The notes: generated by a model not told the origin, from the letters alone. A stretch of DNA of 24,000 nt from Candidatus Thorarchaeota archaeon (GCA_046758445.1 JBHIAE010000002.1:48994-72993); one strand, 5' to 3'. Positions 8,395 to 16,658 are shown, numbered from the stretch's first letter. A program made the numbers and translations.

Positions 8395-9363
8395 TCACAA
8401 TCCAAATGATTGCTTCAACACTTCAGGATTGAGCCCACCGGCCTTGTACGTCTTTCCGTTGACTATATCGTTGATGGTTATCTCAGCCGGGCTGAACAGA
8501 TGAGGATCGACCTTGTAGAAGTCGAACTCGACGCTCTTGAACAGTTTGTAGAACGGTTTTCCGTAGTGGCTGGAAGCAGAAGATGGTGCCTTTTCAGTCA
8601 GTGCGACGAGGTCATCGTTCTCATCCGGTCTGATGAAATAGAAAGTCCTTCCACCGTATAGAATACAGTCATTAGCCACACCCATGGCTCTAAGGTCATT
8701 CTTGGCGACAGGACCGATCGGTGCCACACCGTGTCCTGTCCTTATCTTGTCTAAGTCGAGTCCAAGCTCATGTAGCTTGTGCACACCAGTTTCCACAATT
8801 CGGGCTGAGATTTGCACAGAACCTGCGATGCAGGCCGTAGGCGTCAACACACAGTACAAGTCCGAAGTCGAAACACCACACTTCTCTGCAATGAACTCGG
8901 TGGCGAACTCGGGAGGCGGTGTTCTGGTTTCAAGGACTATTACACCTACCTTTGCCTTGTCCTTGTAGTCAATCTCTTCATACAATTCCGTTTCAACCGC
9001 AGCAAGAGCCCTAGCTGGTCCAGAACCCATTGCTTCATATTTCTCATCGTCTGTCTTGGCCTTAACAGACCATCCGGCGTACTGGGATCCCATGGCCGCA
9101 ATCTTTGGATGGTCAGTGCTGACGACCACAGCTGGCAAAGTCATGTCGCCAATGTGCATGTGCGTGACTCTGACCGCACCCAGCCCGCCTAGACATATCT
9201 CTCCGACGAGTTTCCCAGCCTCGATTCCTCCTGGGGCTTCAATACCCGTATCAATGAGGGTTGCTCCGTTGCTTTGTTCTGTAACAGCACAGCCAAGCTC
9301 GTCTTTCTTGTTCAGCATCTCGTCAACAATCTCAAATGCTTTCTCGTTTACACTTGGATTCAT
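8395..9363 (-). CDS. mch: Methenyltetrahydromethanopterin cyclohydrolase
   Basis: Full-length family resemblance: MNPSVNEKAFEIVDEM..., GGIEAGKLVGEICLGGLGAV, TGHGVAPIGPVAKND, NDCILYGGRTFYFI, SSHYGKPFYKLF. Confidence 0.95.
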   Translation of the reverse strand: MNPSVNEKAFEIVDEMLNKKDELGCAVTEQSNGATLIDTGIEAPGGIEAGKLVGEICLGGLGAVRVTHMHIGDMTLPAVVVSTDHPKIAAMGSQYAGWSVKAKTDDEKYEAMGSGPARALAAVETELYEEIDYKDKAKVGVIVLETRTPPPEFATEFIAEKCGVSTSDLYCVLTPTACIAGSVQISARIVETGVHKLHELGLDLDKIRTGHGVAPIGPVAKNDLRAMGVANDCILYGGRTFYFIRPDENDDLVALTEKAPSSASSHYGKPFYKLFKSVEFDFYKVDPHLFSPAEITINDIVNGKTYKAGGLNPEVLKQSFGL

Positions 9364-9375
9364 TATCTCGTTTCC

Positions 9376-10227
9376 TCAAAGCAAATGTTCGTTCTCAGAT
9401 CCTCGAAGATAGATCTCCACCTTAGGGTCGCCTTCTGCAAAATCACCCATGAACTTGACCCACTTCTCATTCCTTCCTATGCCGGCTAGGAAATCAGGCC
9501 TCCGAGTCTGCAGATATCTCAGGTAGTAGCCAGTGAACTCCCTCTCGGACTTTCCACTAAACTTGTAGGTGGGGAGTAGTGAGTCCATCTTTCCTAGGCA
9601 GAGTATCATTCCTTTTGTCGCCTCGACTCCTACACGCTCTGCCATGTCGCCCACTACAATGATCGTGCCCCCCTTCATTCTGACAGCTGCCAGTCTATCC
9701 ACATTGCCTCTCACAGCAATGAAGCCCTTCCGCATGTGTGACCCCATCTCTCGTCCCACGTTGCTCGCCACATAGACCCTGCCCCCCTTCATCCCATCGG
9801 TGCTTCCGCGGTAGCCTGCACAGAGGTAATCCGCGGCATCACCTTCAATCTGAATGTTACCTCCCTCAATCTCAGCGGCAGCCCATGGCCCAACGGAGCC
9901 CTTAACATGTATCCTTCCAGCAACCATCTCGGCTCCAAGATACATGCCTACATCACCCTCAACAGTGATTCTCCCACCATTCATGCCTTTGCCGATCATC
10001 TTCACTTTCTTTAGATTCCCGCTCACTGTGATCTCAGTTTCATCGGCAGAACTGCCAGCCTCTCCAGAAATATCGAAGAAGGTCTTCAACTCAAGAGTCT
10101 GGTTTCCTTGTAGAATTGGCAGTCTTCCAATCTCAGCGGCGCTCTTTCCAGCAAAGTGTGACGGAGTTATCGTGTCCGCCTCTAACGGAATGTCTGGCTC
10201 GTGGGTCAGCTTCAGATACACGGTCAT
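9376..10227 (-). CDS. fwdC: Formylmethanofuran dehydrogenase subunit C
   Basis: Repeated beta-helix motifs typical of FwdC/GltB-C: GGRITVEGDVGMYLGAEMVAGRIHVKG, GRVYVASNVGREMGSHMRKGFIAVRGNV. Confidence 0.92.
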   Translation of the reverse strand: MTVYLKLTHEPDIPLEADTITPSHFAGKSAAEIGRLPILQGNQTLELKTFFDISGEAGSSADETEITVSGNLKKVKMIGKGMNGGRITVEGDVGMYLGAEMVAGRIHVKGSVGPWAAAEIEGGNIQIEGDAADYLCAGYRGSTDGMKGGRVYVASNVGREMGSHMRKGFIAVRGNVDRLAAVRMKGGTIIVVGDMAERVGVEATKGMILCLGKMDSLLPTYKFSGKSEREFTGYYLRYLQTRRPDFLAGIGRNEKWVKFMGDFAEGDPKVEIYLRGSENEHLL

Positions 10228-10383
10228 AGGTCAGACCTTCCCAGTGTCGCTTTTTGAAAACTTTCCACCTGATAAAAGCTCTGCACAGGTCATGTGGTTT
10301 GGCCTTACAGCTGGTAGTAACAAAGAAATAGCACAGTGCCGCAGCAATCAGCACGACTCTCAGCCGCTATTGTGGTGCGCAAG

Positions 10384-11280
10384 ATGGAGATTAACGGTGT
10401 ACCTATTGAGGACACGTTCGCAGAAGCATTCGGAATGCACATGAACAGGACCATCATCACTGCCTATGATCAGGAGTGGGCCTACACTACTGCTCTTGAA
10501 GCCACAGGGTTTGGCACTTCAGTGATCATGGCACCTGCAGAGGCCGGAATAGAGTATCTCTTAGGACCAGACGAAACCCCTGACGGCCGTCCTGGGGTGA
10601 GAGTCATATTCGCAGTGGGTTCGAAGAAGAAACTCGAGCCTCAGCTTCTAGCCCGACTTGGCCAGTGTGTACTAACCAGTCCGACGGCTTCAGCCTTTGA
10701 TGACACCCCTAATCCAAAGGAGCGCTACGTCATCGGAAAGAAGATCTCACTCTTTGGTGATGGATACCAAGTTAAGAAGGGGCCGATTGACGGGAGAGTC
10801 CTATGGTTCATACCTAGGATGAGTGGGACCTGTGTCATGCAAGACATGTTTGGCCGTGTGAAGGGTGTGGCGGGCGGAAACATCATTTATTGCTGCGAAG
10901 ACATTGAGAGTGGAATGAATAGCGGAAAGGCGGCAGTAAAGGCGATAGAGAAGGTAGAAGGCGCATACACTCCATTCCCTGGAGGCCTTGTAGGATCCGG
11001 GTCCAAACCCTCTTCGCGATACAAGGTACTCTTTGCCTCCACTAACGAGAAGTTCTGTCCTACCCTACGTGCCTTGGTTCCGGGCACGGAGGTTCCCAAG
11101 GGCAGCGAGTTTGTCCAGGAGATAGTCATCAACGGTCTGACAGAAAGGGCTGTCGCCAACGCTATGAAGGTCGCAATCGAAGAGGTCTGCAAACATCCTG
11201 GAATTACGAAGATGACCGCAGGGAACTACGGTGGCAAACTTGGACAATATCAGATTCGATTGCACAATCTGTTCAAATAG
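10384..11280 (+). CDS. ftr: Formylmethanofuran:tetrahydromethanopterin formyltransferase
   Basis: MEINGVPIEDTFAEAFGMHMNRTIITA..., GFGTSVIMAPAEAGIE, RPGV.VIF, PFPGGLVGSGSK; ATG 10384 preferred over the tracked 10336 start. Confidence 0.95.
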   Translation: MEINGVPIEDTFAEAFGMHMNRTIITAYDQEWAYTTALEATGFGTSVIMAPAEAGIEYLLGPDETPDGRPGVRVIFAVGSKKKLEPQLLARLGQCVLTSPTASAFDDTPNPKERYVIGKKISLFGDGYQVKKGPIDGRVLWFIPRMSGTCVMQDMFGRVKGVAGGNIIYCCEDIESGMNSGKAAVKAIEKVEGAYTPFPGGLVGSGSKPSSRYKVLFASTNEKFCPTLRALVPGTEVPKGSEFVQEIVINGLTERAVANAMKVAIEEVCKHPGITKMTAGNYGGKLGQYQIRLHNLFK

Positions 11281-11315
11281 ATGACACGCAGGCCACCGCC
11301 GGCACTCCAATTACA

Positions 11316-11945
11316 TTAGAAACTCTTCATGACTTTCCTTGCTTTCTTGACCACTGACTTGACGTCACTTGACAAGAAAGGTTCCACAAACTTCTTGACT
11401 CTTGGTGCAAACTCAGGATTACCAACAAAGGGTTCCATGGCCTCTACGATGAAGCCAATGCGATTTCCCGGAAAGTACTCAGTCTGACTCAGGAGCATCT
11501 CAAGAATCTCTGATGCGGTTTCTGGGAAGGCCCCAGCTATCTTCGCCAACGCACGGACTGAATGTCCTTGAAGCACAATGCTCTTGTCGCTGAGAAAGTC
11601 CGCAATTCTCCCTATCAGGGCCGGAGTCTTGTTCTGCTTGTCAACCGATGCGAGGTTGCCAAGAGCACATACAGCTTCCCAGCGAAGAACGGGGGCTTGG
11701 GCCTCAAGATTTGCGACAAGGACCTCCACGTGGGGATAAAGGAGATCTGGCTTATCTCCAGAGAAAAGAGAGGCCAACTCTGCACACCCACTTTGCACTC
11801 TTCTCTCTTCAGAATCAAGAACTTTGATGATGTCGTCTAGATATGCTGTAGGCTTCTCTGAGATATGCATGTTATAGAGGTCCTTGGGTCTGGTTCCATC
11901 CTCCCACTTCCCGGCAAGCGCTCTGTGAATGTCGACCTTCGTCAT
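11316..11945 (-). CDS. HEAT-repeat-like alpha-solenoid protein
   Basis: Repeated helical pairs: APVLRWEAVCALGNLASVDK, SIVLQGHSVRALAKIAGAFPE. Confidence 0.65.
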   Translation of the reverse strand: MTKVDIHRALAGKWEDGTRPKDLYNMHISEKPTAYLDDIIKVLDSEERRVQSGCAELASLFSGDKPDLLYPHVEVLVANLEAQAPVLRWEAVCALGNLASVDKQNKTPALIGRIADFLSDKSIVLQGHSVRALAKIAGAFPETASEILEMLLSQTEYFPGNRIGFIVEAMEPFVGNPEFAPRVKKFVEPFLSSDVKSVVKKARKVMKSF

Positions 11946-12152
11946 ATGTCCGGCAACTCCTCAACTCGTGGTGTCTGACAGACCTGTCATATCATCATCA
12001 CATAAAGAGAACACTATCTTCATGAGCCGCTTCTGCTGTCACCTATATTGGAGATGTTGTTGATTTGGACATCTTCGTTCTATACTTACACACACCAAAT
12101 GACTCTGGGTGTTTAATACCTAATCATCTGAACTAGTATGAAAGGAGTGTGT

Positions 12153-12542
12153 ATGGACATCCCTTCAGCGAAAGACGATGACATGCCAATTGACTTTCAG
12201 CAGCGAAGAACGAAAGCCATGTTATGTCCAGATGAAGTCAGACGTCTATACTTTGATGAGGGTCTATCACAAAAACAGATAGCAGAGAGGGCAGGTTGGA
12301 AAACTGCACATCCAGTTCGGAGAATCTTCAATGAACAGGGTTGGATACCCCGTGTTCAGAGAGGAGGGGTTAGTCCACGCCATTTTAGGAATGATGAAGA
12401 AAGAAGACACGCTAGAAGTGAGCATAAGAAGAAATCAGCTCAAAGGATTAAGGATTTGAGAGAGAAACTGTTTGGAAAGGAATGCGGTCTATGTGGGGTG
12501 AGTAAAGAAGAGAAGATTCTTCCTGTTCATCGGAAAGATTGA
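12153..12542 (+). CDS. N-terminal part of an HTH + HNH-like zinc-finger protein (HTH plus first half of finger domain 1), ends at in-frame TGA
   Basis: SD AAAGGAG then ATG 12153; HTH LSQKQIAERAGWKTAHPVRRIFNEQGW; ECGLCG...PVHRKD-stop. In frame with 12573-13055. Confidence 0.7.
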   Translation: MDIPSAKDDDMPIDFQQRRTKAMLCPDEVRRLYFDEGLSQKQIAERAGWKTAHPVRRIFNEQGWIPRVQRGGVSPRHFRNDEERRHARSEHKKKSAQRIKDLREKLFGKECGLCGVSKEEKILPVHRKD

Positions 12543-13055
12543 ACGAAACATGAAGAAGAAGCCCTTAGAAGAATGGGTTTTCTCAAATCACTTGATCCCG
12601 AAGAATATGTAGCTCTGTGCACTTCCTGTCATCGCGGAGCCCATTGGCTAATGGAACAACACGGAATGAAATGGAGCGAAATCCACGATCACAGAGGAAG
12701 GAAACAGAAGGCCATCACACAGGCTAAGGAGAGAATAGACCTACCTGATAAGAATACGCCATCTTCTGACAGATATCGTGAACTACAAAAACAAGGAAAC
12801 AGCAATCTGGAAAATCTGCGATGTGAACTTTTCGGTGAGAGTTGTCATTTTTGCGGAACTCGTTCAACAGAGAAGAAGATTGTAGTTCATAGGAAGGATT
12901 TCCGACCGCACAACAAGAGATTACTCGAGTCAAAGAGGTATTTGCGGACGTTGAATCCGGACGATTGGGCAGCATTATGCAACAAGTGTCATCGCTATAC
13001 TCATTGGGCACACGAAATCCTAGGAATGGATAAGGACGACCTGAACTTGATGTAG
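12543..13055 (+). CDS. Continuation of the same reading frame: second half of finger domain 1 plus complete HNH-like finger domain 2
   Basis: Frame continues TKHEEEALRRMGFLKSLDPEEYVALCTSCHRGAHW..., then domain 2 ESCHFCG...VVHRKDF...ALCNKCHRYTHW. First internal ATG is at 12573. Confidence 0.6.
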   Translation, partial: TKHEEEALRRMGFLKSLDPEEYVALCTSCHRGAHWLMEQHGMKWSEIHDHRGRKQKAITQAKERIDLPDKNTPSSDRYRELQKQGNSNLENLRCELFGESCHFCGTRSTEKKIVVHRKDFRPHNKRLLESKRYLRTLNPDDWAALCNKCHRYTHWAHEILGMDKDDLNLM

Positions 13056-13102
13056 ACTGCGGAAGCTTTATCTCAGTCACACATTGGGTTTGCATCACGG
13101 AT

Positions 13103-13212
13103 GCCCCAGTAGCTCAGACCGGTTAGATCGCCTCCTTGGTAAGGAGGAGGCCGCGGGACTTCATGGACGTCTGCACCATGGAGCGCGAATTCGAATCCCG
13201 CCTGGGGCTCCA
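13103..13212 (+). tRNA. tRNA-Thr (anticodon GGU) with apparent 32-nt intron at 13158-13189, CCA encoded
   Basis: Acceptor GCCCCAG/CTGGGGC; anticodon arm CCTCC-TTGGTAA-GGAGG; variable region AGGCC; T-stem GCGGG (13153-13157) pairs with CCCGC (13197-13201) only if 13158-13189 is removed, giving T-loop TTCGAAT. D-stem GCTC/GATC carries one mismatch. Confidence 0.88.
13158..13189 (+). other. Candidate archaeal tRNA intron in the T-arm (between positions 53 and 54)
   Basis: Bulge-helix-bulge-like fold: central helix CGCG 13152-13155 with CGCG 13184-13187; 3-nt bulges GG|A and AA|T; inner helix CTTCATGG 13159-13166 with CCATGGAG 13176-13183; 9-nt loop. Confidence 0.75.
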
Positions 13213-13234
13213 CATCATACATGAGTCGATAATC

Positions 13235-13477
13235 CTACTCCAATTGATAATAGATGACCTCTGCAATCTTGTTTATCGGGACAATGACCCTAACTCTCTC
13301 AGTCTTGTGCCGTGATTTCTCATCCGTGTCGGCTGCCCTTTCGATCTCGATGTATTCCCTTCCGACGTGTTTGATGATACCCTCAACCGTCTTCAAGTGC
13401 AGATCGTCGGCGGTTGTATCTACTACGACCTTCACTACCACTGCAGCCTCCATAAGGTCCTGAAACTTGTTCATCAT
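13235..13477 (-). CDS. Small hypothetical protein, possibly a small-barrel fold
   Basis: 80 aa ORF, EGIIKHVGREYIEIE...VIVPINKIAEVI. Fold suggestion is tentative. Confidence 0.55.
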   Translation of the reverse strand: MMNKFQDLMEAAVVVKVVVDTTADDLHLKTVEGIIKHVGREYIEIERAADTDEKSRHKTERVRVIVPINKIAEVIYYQLE

Positions 13478-13616
13478 GGTTTGTTCACCTATTCAGTATT
13501 CAATAGTGTCCGAGGTCTGACTTATAGTTTGGCCAATGTGCGTTGACAACACTGGATTCAGACCATGTCAATGGATCGACCAAGTACGGATTGGTTGCCT
13601 TAGGCCGTGGGATTGA

Positions 13617-13982
13617 CTAGTCATAGTTAGTGGTCCAGTCCTTCACAATGTCCTCAGTGTGCAGGCTACTGTGGTTCTTCAGGCGTTCATCACTGCGAAG
13701 TCGGGTTAGAGATCTGATCACAAGATACATCCCTACTATCGCCAGCACCAGAATTCCAATAGATAGTCCGATGATGAAGCCCATTACTTCTATCATAGAG
13801 TAGTAGCTTGAAGTTGCTACGAGGATAGCTAGGAGTGACAAGGGAATTGTGAGAATTCCAATACCAGTGCGAAGCTCGGCCAAATGAGTCCTCTTCTCTG
13901 CTTCAATGGTCCTGATTATTGCCAATGCTGTCGTAAGGTCCAATAGTTCTTGATTCGATAGGTCTGATTCCAAGCAGATCAC
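13617..13982 (-). CDS. Hypothetical membrane protein with two predicted transmembrane segments
   Basis: Two hydrophobic stretches: GIGILTIPLSLLAILVATSSYY and MGFIIGLSIGILVLAIVGMYLVI. Confidence 0.6.
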   Translation of the reverse strand: MICLESDLSNQELLDLTTALAIIRTIEAEKRTHLAELRTGIGILTIPLSLLAILVATSSYYSMIEVMGFIIGLSIGILVLAIVGMYLVIRSLTRLRSDERLKNHSSLHTEDIVKDWTTNYD

Positions 13983-13989
13983 ATTCTAT

Positions 13990-14199
13990 CTATGTCTTAT
14001 GGGTTCGTTTCTTTCGCAGTAGTCGACGAGCTTCTTCAGGCCCTACCAGGTCCGAGATCCTCTCGAGGGCCTCGTCTTCATCTAGCTCCTCAAGCCATTT
14101 CTCTATTTCTTGTCGGACCCCAGGTGACAGGTCCTTCGCATGCTTCTTTAGTCGACCTTTCTTGCCCTTGCCGAAGTCATCTGGTCCCAACAAGCTCAA
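13990..14199 (-). CDS. Small charged hypothetical protein
   Basis: 69 aa ORF (MSLLGPDDFGKGKKGRLKKHAKDLSPGVRQEIEKWLEELDEDEALERISDLVGPEEARRLLRKKRTHKT) in a same-strand gene run. Confidence 0.5.
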   Translation of the reverse strand: MSLLGPDDFGKGKKGRLKKHAKDLSPGVRQEIEKWLEELDEDEALERISDLVGPEEARRLLRKKRTHKT

Positions 14200-14386
14200 T
14201 GTTTCTACACCTATGTCGCCAACCTACCATTTGGTTAAGACGCTTCCTCTTATGACACCACTCAGAAACGCAGGACCTTGTCCTGCTTCAGTCACGAGGT
14301 GGTCAGAGATGGGAATGCAGAGTCATGCATAGACTCTGAGTCTAGTGTGCGCTGAGGTGTGAATTGATACTGACATTCCAGAGATA

Positions 14387-14396
14387 CTCTTATATC
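14387..14396 (+). promoter_or_regulatory. Candidate TATA box for tRNA-Pro
   Basis: CTCTTATATC about 28-37 nt upstream of the tRNA 5' end (14424). Confidence 0.5.
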
Positions 14397-14423
14397 CAAA
14401 GATGGCGGACCGTGCGACCGCAT

Positions 14424-14501
14424 GGGTCGGTGGTCTAGCTTGGCTATGATTCCTGGTTTGGGTCCAGGGGATCGTGAGTTCAAATCTCACCCGGCCCACC
14501 A
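14424..14501 (+). tRNA. tRNA-Pro (anticodon UGG), CCA encoded, no intron
   Basis: Acceptor GGGTCGG/CCGGCCC; anticodon arm CCTGG-TTTGGGT-CCAGG; T-arm GTGAG-TTCAAAT-CTCAC; A73 then CCA. Confidence 0.93.
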
Positions 14502-14983
14502 CACCTTTGGGTGATGACACGTCTAGACAAGTCTGGCCACAATACTATACGTCAACTGGAGAAGCAGACCTGACACCGACTAGTGCCGCTCAATACACAA
14601 AGTGTGTTATGAGATACGAGAGTTTATATCCTGTATTACTTATTATGTGTTACGCTTGGGATTCTGATAACCACGCATGAATTCGGAATCCACAAACAAG
14701 AAATGGTGTAGAGAGAGCTAAGAGGGATATTACTCTCCCTTGCGGAAATCGTGGTGCTGGCTTCAAATTGAGGAACGGCCCAGACATGCGTTCTATTCCT
14801 TCTTTGCCTCCCCTTCCCCATTTCGTTTCAGGAGGGAGGGGGGCCCCAAGACCTAGAAACAGATGATGGCGCTCGCCTTAGACAACGGTTTCTCGTGAGA
14901 GTTTCATTATGCTCATGGTCTATGCATCTCTGGCAGAGCCACAATGGAATTCGGCAAAAGTCGAAATCCTTATCACTGAAACG

Positions 14984-15727
14984 ATGCGAACAAATCAAGC
15001 CATGGCAATGCAGTCATCTGTCAGAGAGCGGTTTGCCAGACGTATTGCGGGTGAGATTGCCCTTTCCGACCACCCTGGGCAGACCATGCGCCTGTGGAGA
15101 GAGAGATTCAGGCTTCCGCAGATAGAGTTGGCAGACTTCATTGGCATAAGCCCCAGTGTTATCAGTGACTATGAGTCTGGACGGAGGAAGTCGCCTGGCA
15201 CATCTACAATACGCCGCTTTGTGATGGCACTCCTGGCACTGGACGAGCGAAACGGTGGCCAGATAATCGCAGCCTATGTACGGTTGATGGATGTCAGTCT
15301 TGTGGATCTAGACATAGTCCTCGCAATGAGTGACTTTCATTCGCCTACCACTTTAGCTGATTTCTGTAAGCGGTTGAAGTGCACCGTCAAGACTGGCATG
15401 AATCTACTACAGAAGGAGATCTACGGCTATACCTTGGTCGACGTCGAGCGAGCTGTGAGGGAGCTCAGCAGCGAGGCGTTTATGAAGCTATTTGGTGCGA
15501 CTACTGAAAGATGCCTCATATTCACGAAAGTGAACACCGGACGAGCGCCCATGATTGCGATAAAATCTCAAGAGTTCAAACCGACGCTGGTGATTCTACA
15601 CGGCGTGGGAGAAGTGGACAGGCTTGCTCTGGAACTCTCTGAACAAATGAAGATCCCGTTGGCTGTGAGCAAGATAGGATCCTTGGATGCACTCATCAGA
15701 GAGCTTCGTAACGTTAATTCTGACTAG
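14984..15727 (+). CDS. XRE-type HTH transcriptional regulator with conserved archaeal C-terminal domain
   Basis: MRLWRERFRLPQIELADFIGISPSVISDYESGRRKSPGTSTIRRFV is a classic HTH. Start assigned to ATG 14984; the tracked ORF begins at 14909. Confidence 0.85.
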   Translation: MRTNQAMAMQSSVRERFARRIAGEIALSDHPGQTMRLWRERFRLPQIELADFIGISPSVISDYESGRRKSPGTSTIRRFVMALLALDERNGGQIIAAYVRLMDVSLVDLDIVLAMSDFHSPTTLADFCKRLKCTVKTGMNLLQKEIYGYTLVDVERAVRELSSEAFMKLFGATTERCLIFTKVNTGRAPMIAIKSQEFKPTLVILHGVGEVDRLALELSEQMKIPLAVSKIGSLDALIRELRNVNSD

Positions 15728-16638
15728 CTGAATATCAACTTTAGAATGGCCATTCTTGTGACAACGCCACTATATACTTGGTCGAAGTACTTTGCATGTG
15801 GCGTCGAGTCAATCTCAGATGAAAGCTCGTCTACACGGGGAAGCGGATGCAGTATGATCGCGTCATCTCTCATTAGACCGAGCTCCTCCGACGTGATTCG
15901 GAATTCACCCTTCACTTCATCGTATTCGTTGATGTCTGGAAAACGTTCCTTCTGTATCCTTGTCATGTAGACTACATCAACCTCCTTGACGGCCTCCTCC
16001 ACGGTATCGACCTCGGTCACTCGAACACCGGCCTTTCTCATCTCCTCAATTATGGCTCGTTTCATCCTCAGAGTAGGTGGTGCTGCCAGTTTGACATCAA
16101 CGTCATAATACGCCAGAGCCATGCCGAGAGAATGAACTGTCCTACCGTATCTCAGATCGCCAGAGAGTGAGATTGATAGCCCGTCAATCTTCCCTTTCAT
16201 CTTCTTTATGGAGTACAGGTCAAGCAATGCCTGTGTGGGATGTTCCTCCGACCCGCTTCCTGCGTTTATTATGGGGATGCTCGAGAACTCTGCAGCCACT
16301 CTTGCAGATCCGTCTAGAGGATGGCGTATGACTATGACATCTGCATACCTCTCTACAGTGCGGATGGTGTCCGCCAGCGTTTCCCCTTTACCTCCCGCGG
16401 AAGTCGAAATGACATCAGCAAAACCAAGGACTCGTCCACCAAGTCTGATCATTGCGCTCTCGAAGGAAAGGCGCGTACGTGTAGACGGCTCGAAGAACAG
16501 AGTGGCCATAATCTTGTCGGCCAATTCCCTGCTCCTGTTTACTGCGACATCCTCCATTTGTTCAGCCGTCTTTAGAATAAGATCTATGGTTCCACGATCC
16601 AGGTCGTGGATACTAATCAAGTTGTGAAGAATCCCCAT
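15724..16638 (-). CDS. pyrB: Aspartate carbamoyltransferase catalytic subunit
   Basis: LFFEPSTRTRLSFESAM, HPTQALLDLY, LSGDLRYGRTVHSL, HPLPRVDEL. Confidence 0.96.
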   Translation of the reverse strand: MGILHNLISIHDLDRGTIDLILKTAEQMEDVAVNRSRELADKIMATLFFEPSTRTRLSFESAMIRLGGRVLGFADVISTSAGGKGETLADTIRTVERYADVIVIRHPLDGSARVAAEFSSIPIINAGSGSEEHPTQALLDLYSIKKMKGKIDGLSISLSGDLRYGRTVHSLGMALAYYDVDVKLAAPPTLRMKRAIIEEMRKAGVRVTEVDTVEEAVKEVDVVYMTRIQKERFPDINEYDEVKGEFRITSEELGLMRDDAIILHPLPRVDELSSEIDSTPHAKYFDQVYSGVVTRMAILKLIFS

Positions 16639-16658
16639 CCATTCTCACCTTGGACTCT

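Noticed and set aside
9056-10444. Antisense plus-strand ORFs (9056-9412, 9274-9489, 9569-9775, 9854-10444) over mch/fwdC
   Set aside because: They overlap confidently assigned genes on the opposite strand and show no coherent protein motifs.
12540-12542. TGA as a genuine selenocysteine codon
   Set aside because: The duplicated domain has Phe, not Cys, at this position, and no SECIS element could be confirmed by eye. Kept only as a low-probability alternative in the finding.
11316-14199. Cluster of small hypothetical genes as a defence or mobile island
   Set aside because: No integrase, transposase, terminal repeats, direct repeats flanking the tRNAs, toxin-antitoxin pair or CRISPR-like repeats are visible. 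The genes look independent and chromosomal.
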